Shown here piece after piece: positions 52,425 to 64,000 of a stretch of DNA of 64,000 bases. The stretch comes from Eledone cirrhosa. Taxonomy: Eukaryota. Each line of letters starts with the position of its first letter. Within the stretch, counting starts at the first letter, position 1. The translations under genes were made by a program, and so were the position numbers. Under the pieces are notes generated by a model that saw only the letters and a list, made by a program, of their open reading frames with translations, was not told the DNA's origin and did not search any database. Location of the stretch: contig OZ024746.1 of assembly GCA_964016885.1 (NCBI GenBank), positions 12,214,001 to 12,278,000 on the forward strand. The letters run 5' to 3'.

Positions 52425-53216
52425 CAGTGGTTCCCAAGAATGAAAAGTTGCTCGTGCCTCACCAAATCTAAACTATAATAAAGTAAGGAGAGCGGGACTG
52501 CGTACGGATTATAATTTTTTATCCCATTAGTAAAATAAGTTGCATTACTTTGAATAAATAATGAATGAATATTACATAATTTATCTACTAAATTTCGTGG
52601 CTGTTGATTAAATATATTTTGTTTATTTAAAGAGTCACTTCTTTAAAATTTCTGAAATGTCAACACTTCTGGTTGGCCATCGTTTAAATAAACATACTAA
52701 TTTTCTCCTAATGCAGTTTATATATAATATCGTCTTTTTTAATGTATCATGGATTACGTTACTGATTAAATAAGACAGTGTAACGCAGTCTTCGTTCAAT
52801 TTCTATGTATTATATATTGTCAATTAGGATTTTATTTTATGTATATACCTGAGTATAATATCAATATGCACACTACACATGCTAGCAAAAAACCACCTGA
52901 AGGGTGGTTTTTCTGCTAGGTATGAGCTTGTTTTTGATGAGTAATCTCCTTTATATTAGGCTTAATTTGAGATAAACTCTCATCTCCTCATCTGAAAATC
53001 AAAGGAACTGAAAATCCTTGACAGCAATATGTCGTGAAGAATTATAGAAGAATGGTTAATGCTTTTGAAGAGACATATGGATAAATCATTGGTTTTTGGC
53101 ATTGGAATTTGTTGAAACTTTTTCTAAATCTTTGATTGTCTTTCAATCATTCTGCCTCACCTGCTATCCTCTTCCGCCACACCTATGAGGCATGCCACAT
53201 TGTTTGGGAACCAGTG
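52425..53216 (-). mobile_element. hAT (Charlie/Buster-like) internally deleted DNA transposon
   Basis: TIR CAGTGGTTCCCAA / TTGGGAACCAGTG; 8-bp TSD CATTACAT (52417-52424, 53217-53224); minus-strand relic DEEMRV / SQIKPNIKEITHQKQAHT resembles the Buster transposase C-terminus. Confidence 0.88.
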
Positions 53217-53291
53217 CATTACATAAACGACCATCCTCATGGAGATGTTGCTCAAACTCAACGTATTCTATACCATATATACACACATACA

Positions 53292-53590
53292 TGAAGCCAC
53301 TTAGTAGTTAGGGTGTTCAGTTCACGATTTTAAGGTTATGAGTTCGATTTCTGAACCAGGCAGTGTGCTGTGTCCTTGAGCAAGACACTTTACTTCACAT
53401 TGTTCCAGTCCACTCAGCTGGCAAAAATGAGTTGTACCTGTAATTGAAAGGGCCAGCCTTGTCACACCATGTGTCATGTTGAATCCCCTTGAGAATTACA
53501 TTAAGAATAGACATGGAATGCTCAGCCACTTAGATGTTAATGTCACAAGCAGGCGGTTCTGTTGATGAATTCAATTGAAACACATTATCA
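53292..53590 (+). mobile_element. Older CORE-like SINE (similar head and core, different tail); a related head lies at about 2831-2941
   Basis: tRNA-like head followed by tgtccttgagcaagacactttacttcacattgttccagtccactcagctg. Confidence 0.7.
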
Positions 53591-53612
53591 GGGCCAACAG
53601 AGGTCCAACATG

Positions 53613-53645
<33 letters not shown>

Positions 53646-53724
53646 TCACATATATACATATATACATACAATGTATGTATGTTGGTGATTCCCTCATTGG
53701 TATTGTTTTTTTATTTTTCAATAG

Positions 53725-53787
53725 AATCTGAGATTCAACACAGGTCTTCTCCACCACCTTTACCCCATCGGCTGATATTAGCTGAAG
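53725..53787 (+). CDS. DOCK3/4: DOCK-B tail exon (E)SEIQHRSSPPPLPHRLILAE(D)
   Basis: ttttcaatag| and AAG|gtaaga; phase 1-1; PPPLPxR. Confidence 0.85.
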
Positions 53788-53926
53788 GTAAGATCTGGTA
53801 GCATGTCCACGATCACTTCCTCTCTCATAAATTCTCCCTTAGACTCTTTAATTAAAGACTAAACCGATTAAGAAGATAAAAGCATGTCTTGAAATAATAA
53901 CTATAATAATTATAGTAACAACAACA

Positions 53927-54323
53927 ATGTTTTCTGATTTAGGCACAAGGCCAACAATTTTGCGGGGAGGGGAATGTCGATTAAATCAACCTCATTGCAT
54001 TACTGGTACTTTGTTTTACTGACCTCGTAACCCATTGCAGCCAAGCATGTTGTCCATTGCTCTACCGATTCTGCCAATCCACCGCCCATAATAATAATAA
54101 TAATAATAATAATAAACAGAAGAACAATAAATAATTGTTTCTACATTTGGCACAAGGCCAGCAATTATCCCAGAGCATTACTGGTACTTTATTTTATCGA
54201 CCCCATAAGGATGAAAGGCAAAGTTAACCTTGGCGGGATTTGAACTCATAACGTAAAGGGCCATAACTCTATGCTGTAAAGCATGGTGTCTGACGCTCTA
54301 CCGATGCTGCCAATTCACCGCCC
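53927..54323 (-). mobile_element. Two tandem SINE family B copies
   Basis: two reverse-complement units separated by (AAT)n. Confidence 0.85.
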
Positions 54324-55120
54324 TAAATAATAAATAAATAATGCAGTTTTAAGCTCTTCATATGCATGTTGCTTTAATATGCCCTTAATATCTGCTTCGC
54401 TCAATCAATAACACTTTTGAAATAGTGGTTATGTCATCTCTTTGGCTTTCATTGCAGAATTTCTTATGTCATTTGCTTGGTGCACTTTTCATTGAGCTTT
54501 TTCCTTTACAGCTCAGAGATCTTCTCACACAACTCGGAGATCTTCCCTCACAGCTCGGAGATCTTCCCTCACTGCTATCACCCTCATCTATATTATTTAA
54601 CTGTACCCACCTTTCCTTTATGACATGCAATGTTTTAACATATAGTTTATAATATAATTTATCATAAATACCCAATTCTTTTGCTAATGTGCTTCAGTCT
54701 TACTTTTTGTTATAGGAAAATAGCTGATCGCCTGATCAGACCAAAGAAACAATGTTTCCTTTCATCTTTTAATTGCTTGTACTATCTGCCAATTGCACCT
54801 CTTGTTATATATAGAGTTTATAGAGCTCTGTGGGAATTTGTGGTTACTTCTCAGCAAACTAATACAGTGGCCCAGGTTTTATTCCTAGTTGCAGATATTT
54901 CATTTACTCTTCCAATACCCTTGGGAAAAACATGAATATCACAACATCCATTTCTTCACACTATGAAGTCAACGTGTTTGATTATCTGTTGATATGACTA
55001 CCTCTGACTATTACACCGCCATCAGTTGACAGTGTCACTTTCAGTGGTAAGATATATATATGTGTGTGTGTGTGTATGTTTATATATATATACACACACG
55101 TATATATATTTATTTATGTA

Positions 55121-55159
<39 letters not shown>

Positions 55160-55166
55160 TTATTTA

Positions 55167-55204
<38 letters not shown>

Positions 55205-55432
55205 GTTGAACAAATAAAACAAAACAAATACAAGGATGGAAAATAGAAAGTCTTACTAGGATCACACTTAGGAAGAGTTGGAGGAGAGTTCTACATTTCA
55301 AACAGTAGTCTATTGTCAGGGAATGAAGAGTTCAGATAGGGAGAGAGCAAGTATGTACATGCAAGTTTGGAAAAGATTGTTAGGTGGGGGGTGATATATA
55401 CACACATATATAATGTCAAAACATTCTTTTAA

Positions 55433-55666
55433 TCCTTTAGCATTTAAAACAGCCATATCCGGCCACAATTCTCTCTCTTCTTTCTGTTCAAATCGGCCCT
55501 AACCAGCTGCTCATACTGACATTAAAGTATTGTTCTCAAAATAAATAATATCAAAATCATGTAGATTCGATATTATGTGAGATAATTATGTGAGGTAAAG
55601 CTCTTATGTGAGATAATTATGTGAGGTGAAAATATAATAGTATAGAGTAATGTAAATACTAAAGGG
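55433..55666. mobile_element. piggyBac-type MITE; a partial further copy at about 55800-55880
   Basis: TTAA-TCCTTTAGCATTTA ... TAAATACTAAAGGG-TTAA. Confidence 0.85.
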
Positions 55667-57536
55667 TTAAGCTGGTGTCTGGAACTTAAATTAATAAATG
55701 GTCGTCAGTAAAATTATCTAAAATAAGTTTTTAGATAAATGTAAACAGTTTAAAACAAACAATTTTCTATCAGACACCAAGGGTTGTTTCGGATGAAGAT
55801 AGTTATGTAAGGTAAAGCCTTTACTGTGAAAATACAATAGTATATATATATAGAGAGTAATGTAAATAGTAAAGGGTTAACAGCATAATTCTCCTAAATT
55901 AGGCAGCTGTTAAAATTTATCAATATATTTCAGCGTCACCAATTATAAAATGTAAGTTGATAAATTATATGATTCTTTACGTTTGTATTTGTATATAAAG
56001 TTTCAACTTCATTTTCCCACTTTCTCAATTCAGTTTTTTTTTAAATATTCCAATTTACTTCACTGAAGAAGTGTTAACCCACTTAATCCTTAATAAGTTA
56101 CTAACAAACTAACACTCTGTATCATTTGACACTAATTACTATAAATTACTAACAGCTCTTATTATAATACTTTTATTTATTGATTTTTCCTTCTCATGAA
56201 AAATTACTATTGTATTTATTACATGGAGGCACATGGCTTAGTGGTTAGAGCATTGGCCTTGCAATCGAAAGGTTGTGAGTTCAATTCTCAAACCGGGTGA
56301 TGTGTAACTCAGAATGTAAAGAGCCAGTAGTACTACTGCTAAGCATTTGTCCAATGCTCTAATGAATCTACCAATACTTTCTAAGTTACTAACAAACTAA
56401 ACACTCTCTCTCTCTCTCTTAACAGCCACTAATCACTACAAATTACTAACAGGTCTTATTACAATACTTTTGTTTAAGTTTTTTTCTTTTTCTTATGAAA
56501 AATTAAAATTCTATAACCATAGTAATACAAACATGAAAACATCCAGAATGGAATTTTATTTATTTTCAGCAACATTGAATTATTTCTTAGTGTCATTATT
56601 GGATTTTAAATTAACAATATTTTATAGATTTCTTTAGTTCTGAAACTTTGCTTGTAATTGCACTGATAGGTGGATTCTATTGAAGGCCTCCCCCAGCACC
56701 CAACACTTCCTCTCCTGTGATGGTATCAACCCTGCTTACTCCTACCAATACCTCTCCAATGATGATGCCATGATGGAAATGCACCTAGCCCACTCTGTTA
56801 AACAGTAATGCTGATACCATAGCAAAAGCATCCAGTCCATCTTGTAAGGTGGTAGAGCCAGAGTCACGATAAAATGTTCCCTGTACATGGTGTTAGGAGT
56901 TGGTGTTAGCAAAGGTCTCTAACCATACTAGAAACAATGCTCACAATACATACTGTAAAGTGGTTGACATTAGGAAGGGCATTCACCTGAGTAGTCTAAC
57001 CTCAGAATGTGAGAACCCATCTAACCCATGCAAGCATGGGGAATAGATGTAAGATAGTAGTGATGATGATGATGATATAGTATTTAAAAAAATATAACTA
57101 GTTTTCAAGTAGTTAACTCTTTTATGTCCACATGTTATAAAATATTAGTTTGTTTTGATTAGTGAGGAGGTGGACATTACTGATGGCCATTACGATTATT
57201 CTGCACCAAAACTACTGAGAAAATAATGTGGACAATGTGAGAATTCTAGAGTAAGGGTTGGGGGAAGTGGTTAGTGTGGGACCTAGCTGAAATGAGGAAA
57301 GACAGATGGATTAAGTATTTAGTGGAGCTAATTCAGAGGAGCAGATGCTATTGTAGCAGTGTTAAACCTGGATGGAGGTGGTGTAGACATAGCTAATTAC
57401 AGGGGAACAGATACTGTTACAATAATGATAAAAGAAGCAAAGATAAGAGATAGTATATCTATGGGGTAACAGTTGTAGTGTGTCAGTCATGATTGAAGGG
57501 GACTTTCCATGTGTGTGTGAGTATATATATATATAT

Positions 57537-57927
57537 GGAGGCACATGGCTTAGTGGTTCGAGCATTGGCTTTGCAATCGAAAGGTTGTGAGTTCAATTCT
57601 CAGACCGGGTGATGTGTTGTTTCCTTGAGCAAGACACTTTATTTCACATTGCTCCAGTTTACTCAGCTGTAGAAATGAGATGATAGGGACTGGGGTCCCT
57701 ATCATTCCACTGCAAAATGGTCGTGGAGGTGTCACAGCAAACAAGCACCCAGCTCACACTGTAAAGTGGACGTGGAGGCGCCACGGCAAAAAAGCACCCA
57801 GCACTCACTGTAAATGAGGTTGGTGTTAGGAAGGGAATCCAGCTGTAGAAATCAAGCCAGAATCAGTTCCCGTCCCACCCTTTCAAGCAGGGAAAAGCGG
57901 ACGTAAAAATGAAATGATGATGATGAT
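57537..57927 (+). mobile_element. SINE family A copy with an internal tandem duplication of about 55 bp
   Basis: same sequence as 244-583; the segment 'gtcgtggagg...cacccagc..cactgtaaa' occurs twice (57720-57813). Confidence 0.9.
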
Positions 57928-59120
57928 ATAGTTGAGTTCGGTCTCCTGACATTTTACTCAACAATAATTAACTTGGTTCTTGCACCACCAACAAGATTCA
58001 ACATCAAAGATGGATGAGTTGCATAATGTCAAGTGCTTCTCCTACTATTACATCATGGTTAACTATACCAGTTCTATCAGGTGGTGAACCACCAAACTTA
58101 AATGAATATATATATATATATAGTAATGTGGTTGGCATAAGAAAGAGCATCCAGCTGTAAAAACCAAACAAAAATACATATCTGTCTGAGCATGATGTGG
58201 CCCCCAGGCCTGACTTGTCTCATAACATGACAACCTTTCTAACCCATACAAGCATGGAAAATTAGACATTAAATGATGATGATGATAGATATAGATATGG
58301 TAGCTACCATGTCTTACTATTCTATATCTATAATTACTATCATCAAAGGGTTAAATATTTAAACATTAAATTCTTTTGGCAGTGAATGAACAAAAAGTTG
58401 CAAATTATATAATAAAATTTTGACCTTGACATTCATTTCATTGTTGCTTGGAAGCGAATTTAGTTTAACTTTGACCACTTTGGAGTTAAAATTTGTAAAA
58501 TACATGGATATATATTTGTTATGATTATGTGACAAGAAAATTGAAAGCAATGTTTATGTCAGTTTCAAACATTTTTCTTCGTTAGCCAGTTTTTACATCA
58601 GTTGACTTCATGTTAATATTGTTTTTGTTATTACTTATTAGAGGGCTTTGTTTTAAATTAAAAACTATGTTAAAGAAAATGGGCATTAAACGATGATGAT
58701 GATTTGTTGATTTGTTAAAGAATGTTTTTAAAATCATAAAGTCATGTATGTTAAACTATGTTAAAATGTGACACAACTGACATAGTTTAAAATATTTGAC
58801 ATTCTCACTTCATAATATATACAGAAATTCCTAAATGTTATCTAGCCTATTGTAAAGACATCAAAGACATCTTCCTAGTGCCGATGCCATGATAAAATGC
58901 ACCCAGTGTACTCTGTTGAGTACAGGAGCATATGTAAGTGAGATGTGACCCCTTAACACATCTGAGGTCAGTAGCACCAATTAAGAACTGACTTGAATTT
59001 AAAATAAGAAAGAAATATTGAAATAAAAACAATACTAAAATATTTTCAAAAATATCCAAGAGATCTCAGTACGTAATTTTTATTTGTTCTCATTTGTTTA
59101 ATTTTTCCTATATTTTTTAG

Positions 59121-59185
59121 ATTCTAAACCAAAACCAAGTCCAAACGGCCCTACGTTACCACCTGTTCCTCCTAAAACACCAAAG
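59121..59185 (+). CDS. DOCK3/4: DOCK-B tail exon (D)SKPKPSPNGPTLPPVPPKTPK
   Basis: ttttttag| and AAG|gtatgt; phase 1 to 0; PPVPPK. Confidence 0.87.
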
Positions 59186-60464
59186 GTATGTATAAAGTGG
59201 AATGAAGGTAAAATCTTGAACTGTGAAACATAGCTAGACAATATAATTGGAATTGTGTGTAAATGGCAGAGCATTTCACAGACACAAGTACCCTTAATGT
59301 TATTCTCAGGGAGATTCTGCATGACAAGGCTTCCCTTTGTTACAGGTAGTCCATCTGATGAACTTCCAAACTATTTCTAAATACCCAATTTTACTTACAA
59401 GTCATGAGTTGACTTGAGGTTATGGTAAATAACATTTATGGAAAAGACTTTACTATCAGTAAACATCGTGGACCCTTTAGGCTGTGAGGTTTTAGGATCT
59501 GGTTCCCCAGTATCATGTAAGAAAAATGGAAGTTAAATTTTCTTTTGGCTACGATATGAATTTATCATAGTTAATGTTCCCATATAAACTAGGTAAGTTG
59601 ATGTAGGGTAGAATGAAGAGTTCAGTATAGAAATACACTGGAATGGTCTGAACACTTGCACTATAAGCTAGTGTTCCCAATATCTTGATCATTTGGTGAT
59701 CTCACCTCTACAATCTTCAATCTTCAAAAAAGGTAAGCAACCAACTAGTCACTGCCTGTTTTGTTGACTCTGAGTCAGATATAATTTGTCCTGATCGGAA
59801 GTTAAGCAAATGGTTTTTAAAGTCAAAATCTAAAGAGATGTGGTTTGAGAAATGCTTACATGCAGGCCAGCCAATATTTATATGGAAAAATCAGAGCAAC
59901 TACATATAGTGAAGATAGATGGCAGCACTGTTGTAGAATGGCATTTGATTATGAATGTTTACATTTTGGAGTTTTCTCCCTTGAAAGAAATTATTAACAC
60001 AATTTATTCTCCTTATTATGAGTTTAATTTTGATTGGTTAAAAATTGTTTAGGGCTCACTACATTAAATATTAACCATCTATCAACTGTTTTATACATAT
60101 ATTAGACTATTCTTTTTATTCTTCTTGAGGTTTAATAAGACGGAAACATGTACTTGGTTGTCACCGTACTTAACAAGGAGCAAACAATTTTTAATCACTG
60201 TAAATTTTGGAGTTATCTCCCTTACCTTCCTGATAACTTTCCTTATTACAGATTTAATTTGGGTTGGTTAAAAAATAGTTTTGGCTTGTTACATTAAATA
60301 TGTTTAGCTCCCATTTAACTAATATAGATCAGTGACAAAATTAGAGGCGGGGGGGGATATTGCTAGCAAGTAACTCTAGAAGCTGTGCAAAGTAAAACTT
60401 GAATCCTCAAAATGGTCACTATCACAGTGATAGTGACATAGAACCATTTCAGAAATATGATAAT

Positions 60465-60720
60465 GATAATGAAATTATTGTGTACAGTGCTCAGGTGCAC
60501 TACAACTCATCAAAGGTGCATGTATAGTACATAGAATAATGTACAAATGTCAGGAAAATAAACAGTGTATGAGTCATGATATAATAACAATAACAATAAT
60601 GAAATATTGTGTACAGTGCCCAGGTGCACCACAACTCATCAAAAAAGTGCATGTACAGTACATAGGGCAATGCACAAACATCAGTAAAATGAACAGTGCA
60701 CGAGTCATGATACACACATG
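60465..60720 (-). mobile_element. Two tandem copies of a dispersed retroposon 3'-tail-like repeat; third copy at about 29090-29215
   Basis: tgtgtacagtgctcaggtgcactacaactcatcaaaggtgcatgta occurs three times, each next to (ATA/AAT)n. Confidence 0.6.
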
Positions 60721-60767
60721 TGTGCATGTGTATGGAAGGGGTACATCAGGTGTAGTTTTGGCGTATT

Positions 60768-60960
60768 TATATGATGGAAGACTCTACTACATCATAACAT
60801 ATATGATGGAAAACTCTAGTACATCATAAATTATATGATGGAAGACTCTACTACATCATAACATCTGATAAAAGACTCTAGTACATCATAAAATATATGA
60901 TAAACGTCTCTAGTACATCATAACATATATGATAAAAGTCTCTAGTACATCATAATATAT
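60768..60960. repeat. About 32-bp minisatellite (atatgatggaagactctactacatcataacat), about 6 copies
   Basis: seen directly. Confidence 0.85.
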
Positions 60961-61436
60961 ATTACAGAAAATAATGATTTTTAACATATTTAATTAAATA
61001 AATCCCATTAATGATCTGATATTTATTTTATCAATCACGAATACAAGCGGCTAAAATAGGTTTCTTTGAAGGGTCTTTGGAAATCAGAGTCACTCCTGAT
61101 AAAGCCACTACTTTTCCAAATTAAGAGATCACAGCTCTGATATTGTGGACATATGGTTAGAATGTCTCTAGAGAGAATCACTGGACAGATTTTACGGGCA
61201 AAAATTAACTGGCAGGAAACCCAGAGATGGATCCAAAGCAAGATGGTTGGATAACATTCATGTGCTCGATTGGGGATCCAGCTGGATAAATTAGTGATGG
61301 TTGCTTCTGATAGGACCTACTGGAATGCATGCTTGAGGACTCTGCTCTCACAACCCTCCCAAGAATAGGTGAACAAAGAAGAAGGAAAAGAATCCTGGAA
61401 GGTTGAAAAACAAAGTTTATCTCACCGGCATTTTAA

Positions 61437-61643
61437 CCCTTTAGCATTTAAACCAGCTGTATCCAGCCAAAATTCTCTCAACTCTTTCTGTTTAAACTGG
61501 CTGAAACTGGTCCCTCATACCTACATTAAGGTATTGTTCTCAAATAAATAATATCAAAATCTCATAGATTCAATATTATGTAAGATAAAGCCTTTACCAC
61601 ACAAAAACTATAGTATATATAGAGTAATGTAAATGCTAAAGGG
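61437..61643. mobile_element. piggyBac-type MITE (intact)
   Basis: perfect 14-bp TIR CCCTTTAGCATTTA with TTAA on both sides. Confidence 0.9.
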
Positions 61644-62407
61644 TTAAATACTACTGAGTAATTTTTCCTGCCACTTGTTGGTTCTGCTAGCGACTACTCT
61701 ATATTACAGACATGGCTTAAAATAAAAGTTAATAGAACAGTGTACATGTTTTCAATGGCCAGTAACCATTCTAACATATTGCAACTGTTCTTATGTAAAC
61801 TTCTGAAGAAACCTCACATTATAATTCATGCATTAGCATCTTTTGGTTGAGATTTCAGAGGAAATAAGTGTTTCAATAGCAGTTATCGTGGTCATATTTC
61901 TAATTAAAATAACTCTATTTCAATTAATTAAGAATTTTGAGGGTTACACTAAAATTATTAACTATTTCAATATTAATATACTAATTTTACTTAACATCTG
62001 GTTTGGCAGTATTGGTAGAGTGTCAGACATCATGCTTTGCAGCATAGAGTTATGGCCTTTTATGTTCTGAGTTCAAATCCCATCAAGGTTAGCTTTGCCT
62101 TTCATCCTTATGGGGTCGAAAAAAATAAAGCACCAATACTGCACTGGGGTAATTGCTGGCCTTGTGCCAACAGTAGAAACATTACTTAACATATGGGTCT
62201 TATGTATAATTGTGATGAAAAATTTTCATTCAAATAGGAACCCTTTAAAATGGGTAGTTTTGTTTCATAGAATCGGAAGCAGTTTTGGTACCGAAAAAGA
62301 TTAAAGAGAATCTGTCTGTATAAAACTAAGGTTGATACCAGTGAAAGTATTATATGTTAACATGATAACCACACATATATGTATATATAACATCTTTTCC
62401 ATTTTAG

Positions 62408-62551
62408 GTACCTGATATTTCCAATATTGCTGCTCCACCCCCACTCCCACCTCGTAGATCAATTCCAACAACTCCCATCACCACTGATGTATCATTTGAA
62501 TACAGATTTGATGGAGCACCACCTTTACCAAGCCGATTAAACAACGTTTAG
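62408..62551 (+). CDS. DOCK3/4: DOCK-B last coding exon VPDISNIAAPPPLPPRRS...GAPPLPSRLNNV*
   Basis: tttccattttag|; 47 codons then TAG; PPPLPPR and PPLPSR. Confidence 0.87.
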   Translation, partial: VPDISNIAAPPPLPPRRSIPTTPITTDVSFEYRFDGAPPLPSRLNNV

Positions 62552-62641
62552 ACCAACAGTTTTTTTTGGGGGGGGGGGGGGGGGGGCTCTGTGTGTATGT
62601 ATATATGAAAACTTCTCTGTGTGTTTGTGTGTGTATATTTC

Positions 62642-62653
62642 AATAAAAATAAA
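62642..62653 (+). terminator. Candidate polyadenylation signals (tandem AATAAA); another AATAAA at 63950-63955
   Basis: AATAAAAATAAA about 90 nt after the stop codon; hexamers are common in AT-rich DNA. Confidence 0.35.
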
Positions 62654-64000
62654 CAAATGATTGAAAGAAGAAAATAAGATAAAGTTGATGTACATCGTGG
62701 GTTTGTCAGCCAGCTTCAGGGGTAGAATGCAGGCTACTTCAAAATGTAGAACTATCAGACTATTTGTAATGGTTGTGACCAGTCAGAAGATTTGGTGATT
62801 TAGCATGTGGTTCAGACTCTTATCTCACACACACACACATTGATTAACTACACATACATCTGAACATGCAGACCACACACACATTCCTATAAAACTGTTC
62901 GCATACACATACCCACCGACAATGATTTATCAAAGACCAATAGATCAAATTATCTATTTCAAAATCGCCAATCAATCAATCAATGAAACAATCAATGATA
63001 CTAGATCAAACCATAATGTTCTAACACTCTCCACAGGTGCTACAAAACTGTATTATATAATGATGAAATGGATCCTTTCCACTCTCTCTTTCCCTCCCTC
63101 CTTGTGTATGTGTATATATATATGTGTGTGAGTGTGTAGGTGGTATCTAGAACTTTCTAAAGTATCTTAGATAAAGTCTCACATTCGTGTAATTAAAATT
63201 GTCAGGAGGTTGGGTATTTTTGTAAAATAGCCATTTCTTCTATTTTATCAAGTAACCATTGACTGACTATGACAGCTATTCCTCTCTGTGAGGCTAGCTT
63301 TGTGAAAACTGTTTAAAGTATTGGCCTTGAAGCCCCATATTACACTGTTCCACATAGACACATACATCTGGTTCTAAACTCTTCCACCAAGTGTGCATGT
63401 ATATATACATATATATATATAAAGCACAATTTTTATTTTTTTTTTGTATAAAAAAATCATGCAATGTGCAATATATATATATATCCACACACACACACAC
63501 ACTCTCCCTCTATCTCACACATACATATTCTCTTCAAAAGGGACCATGCTGCTTCAGAGCAGTTTACAAAGTCTGAACTTACAAGTTCTCTTCAGAGAAA
63601 AATGCTGGTTACATTATTATTATTTTTTTCTTTTTCTATTTTCCATTCAAACTCCCAGAACAGGAAAAAAAAAATTGTTTTGAAACATGAAAGAAAACTG
63701 CCTTCCTTTTATGCAATTTTAAGGGGTTTATAATTTCCTTATATATATATATATAGATAATTTTTTTTTTTCCGAAATCCAAATGAAAAATTTTGTTTAA
63801 AACTTTATAGAAGTTTCATGTAAACATAGTGCTGGACACATACACACATCAATACATAAAACACAAGAAATCATTATTGTTATTATTATTGTTGTTATTT
63901 TTTTAATTATTATTATAGAGCAATTTAGTAAATTATTGAGGGTTAAACCAATAAATACTTAAGAATATACAGTTGCATTCACTCTACATTTTAGGTTCAA

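Noticed and set aside
52440-53200. Horizontally acquired bacterial DNA, suggested by the terminator-like hairpin
   Set aside because: The segment lies within hAT TIRs and TSD and carries a eukaryotic transposase relic; no bacterial ORF.
62401-62413. AG|GT recursive splice site at the last exon
   Set aside because: GTACCT is a weak donor, and the downstream frame gives a sensible Pro-rich terminal exon with a stop.

Overview
Eukaryotic, AT-rich, repeat-dense genomic DNA, most likely from an octopus or other coleoid cephalopod (inferred from the SINE families and TA/CA microsatellite load; not proven). The window holds the 3' part of one + strand gene, a DOCK-B (DOCK3/DOCK4/sponge-like) Rac GEF. 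Seventeen exons between 5307 and 62551 splice in phase to give the DHR-2 catalytic domain and a Pro-rich SH3-ligand tail ending ...LNNV*. One DHR-2 intron (20165-21049) has minor-spliceosome (U12) signals. The introns contain two tRNA-derived SINE families, RTE LINE fragments, two Penelope-like elements with hammerhead-ribozyme motifs, a Helitron nested in a piggyBac-type MITE, a hAT element with an 8-bp TSD, a mariner-type MITE, a 120-bp near-perfect palindrome, and several minisatellites, three of which lie just upstream of consecutive 3' splice sites. Nearly all other ORFs in the supplied track are microsatellite or repeat artefacts. No prokaryotic-type system (CRISPR, operon) is present. 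All family assignments are from memory of consensus motifs, not database searches.
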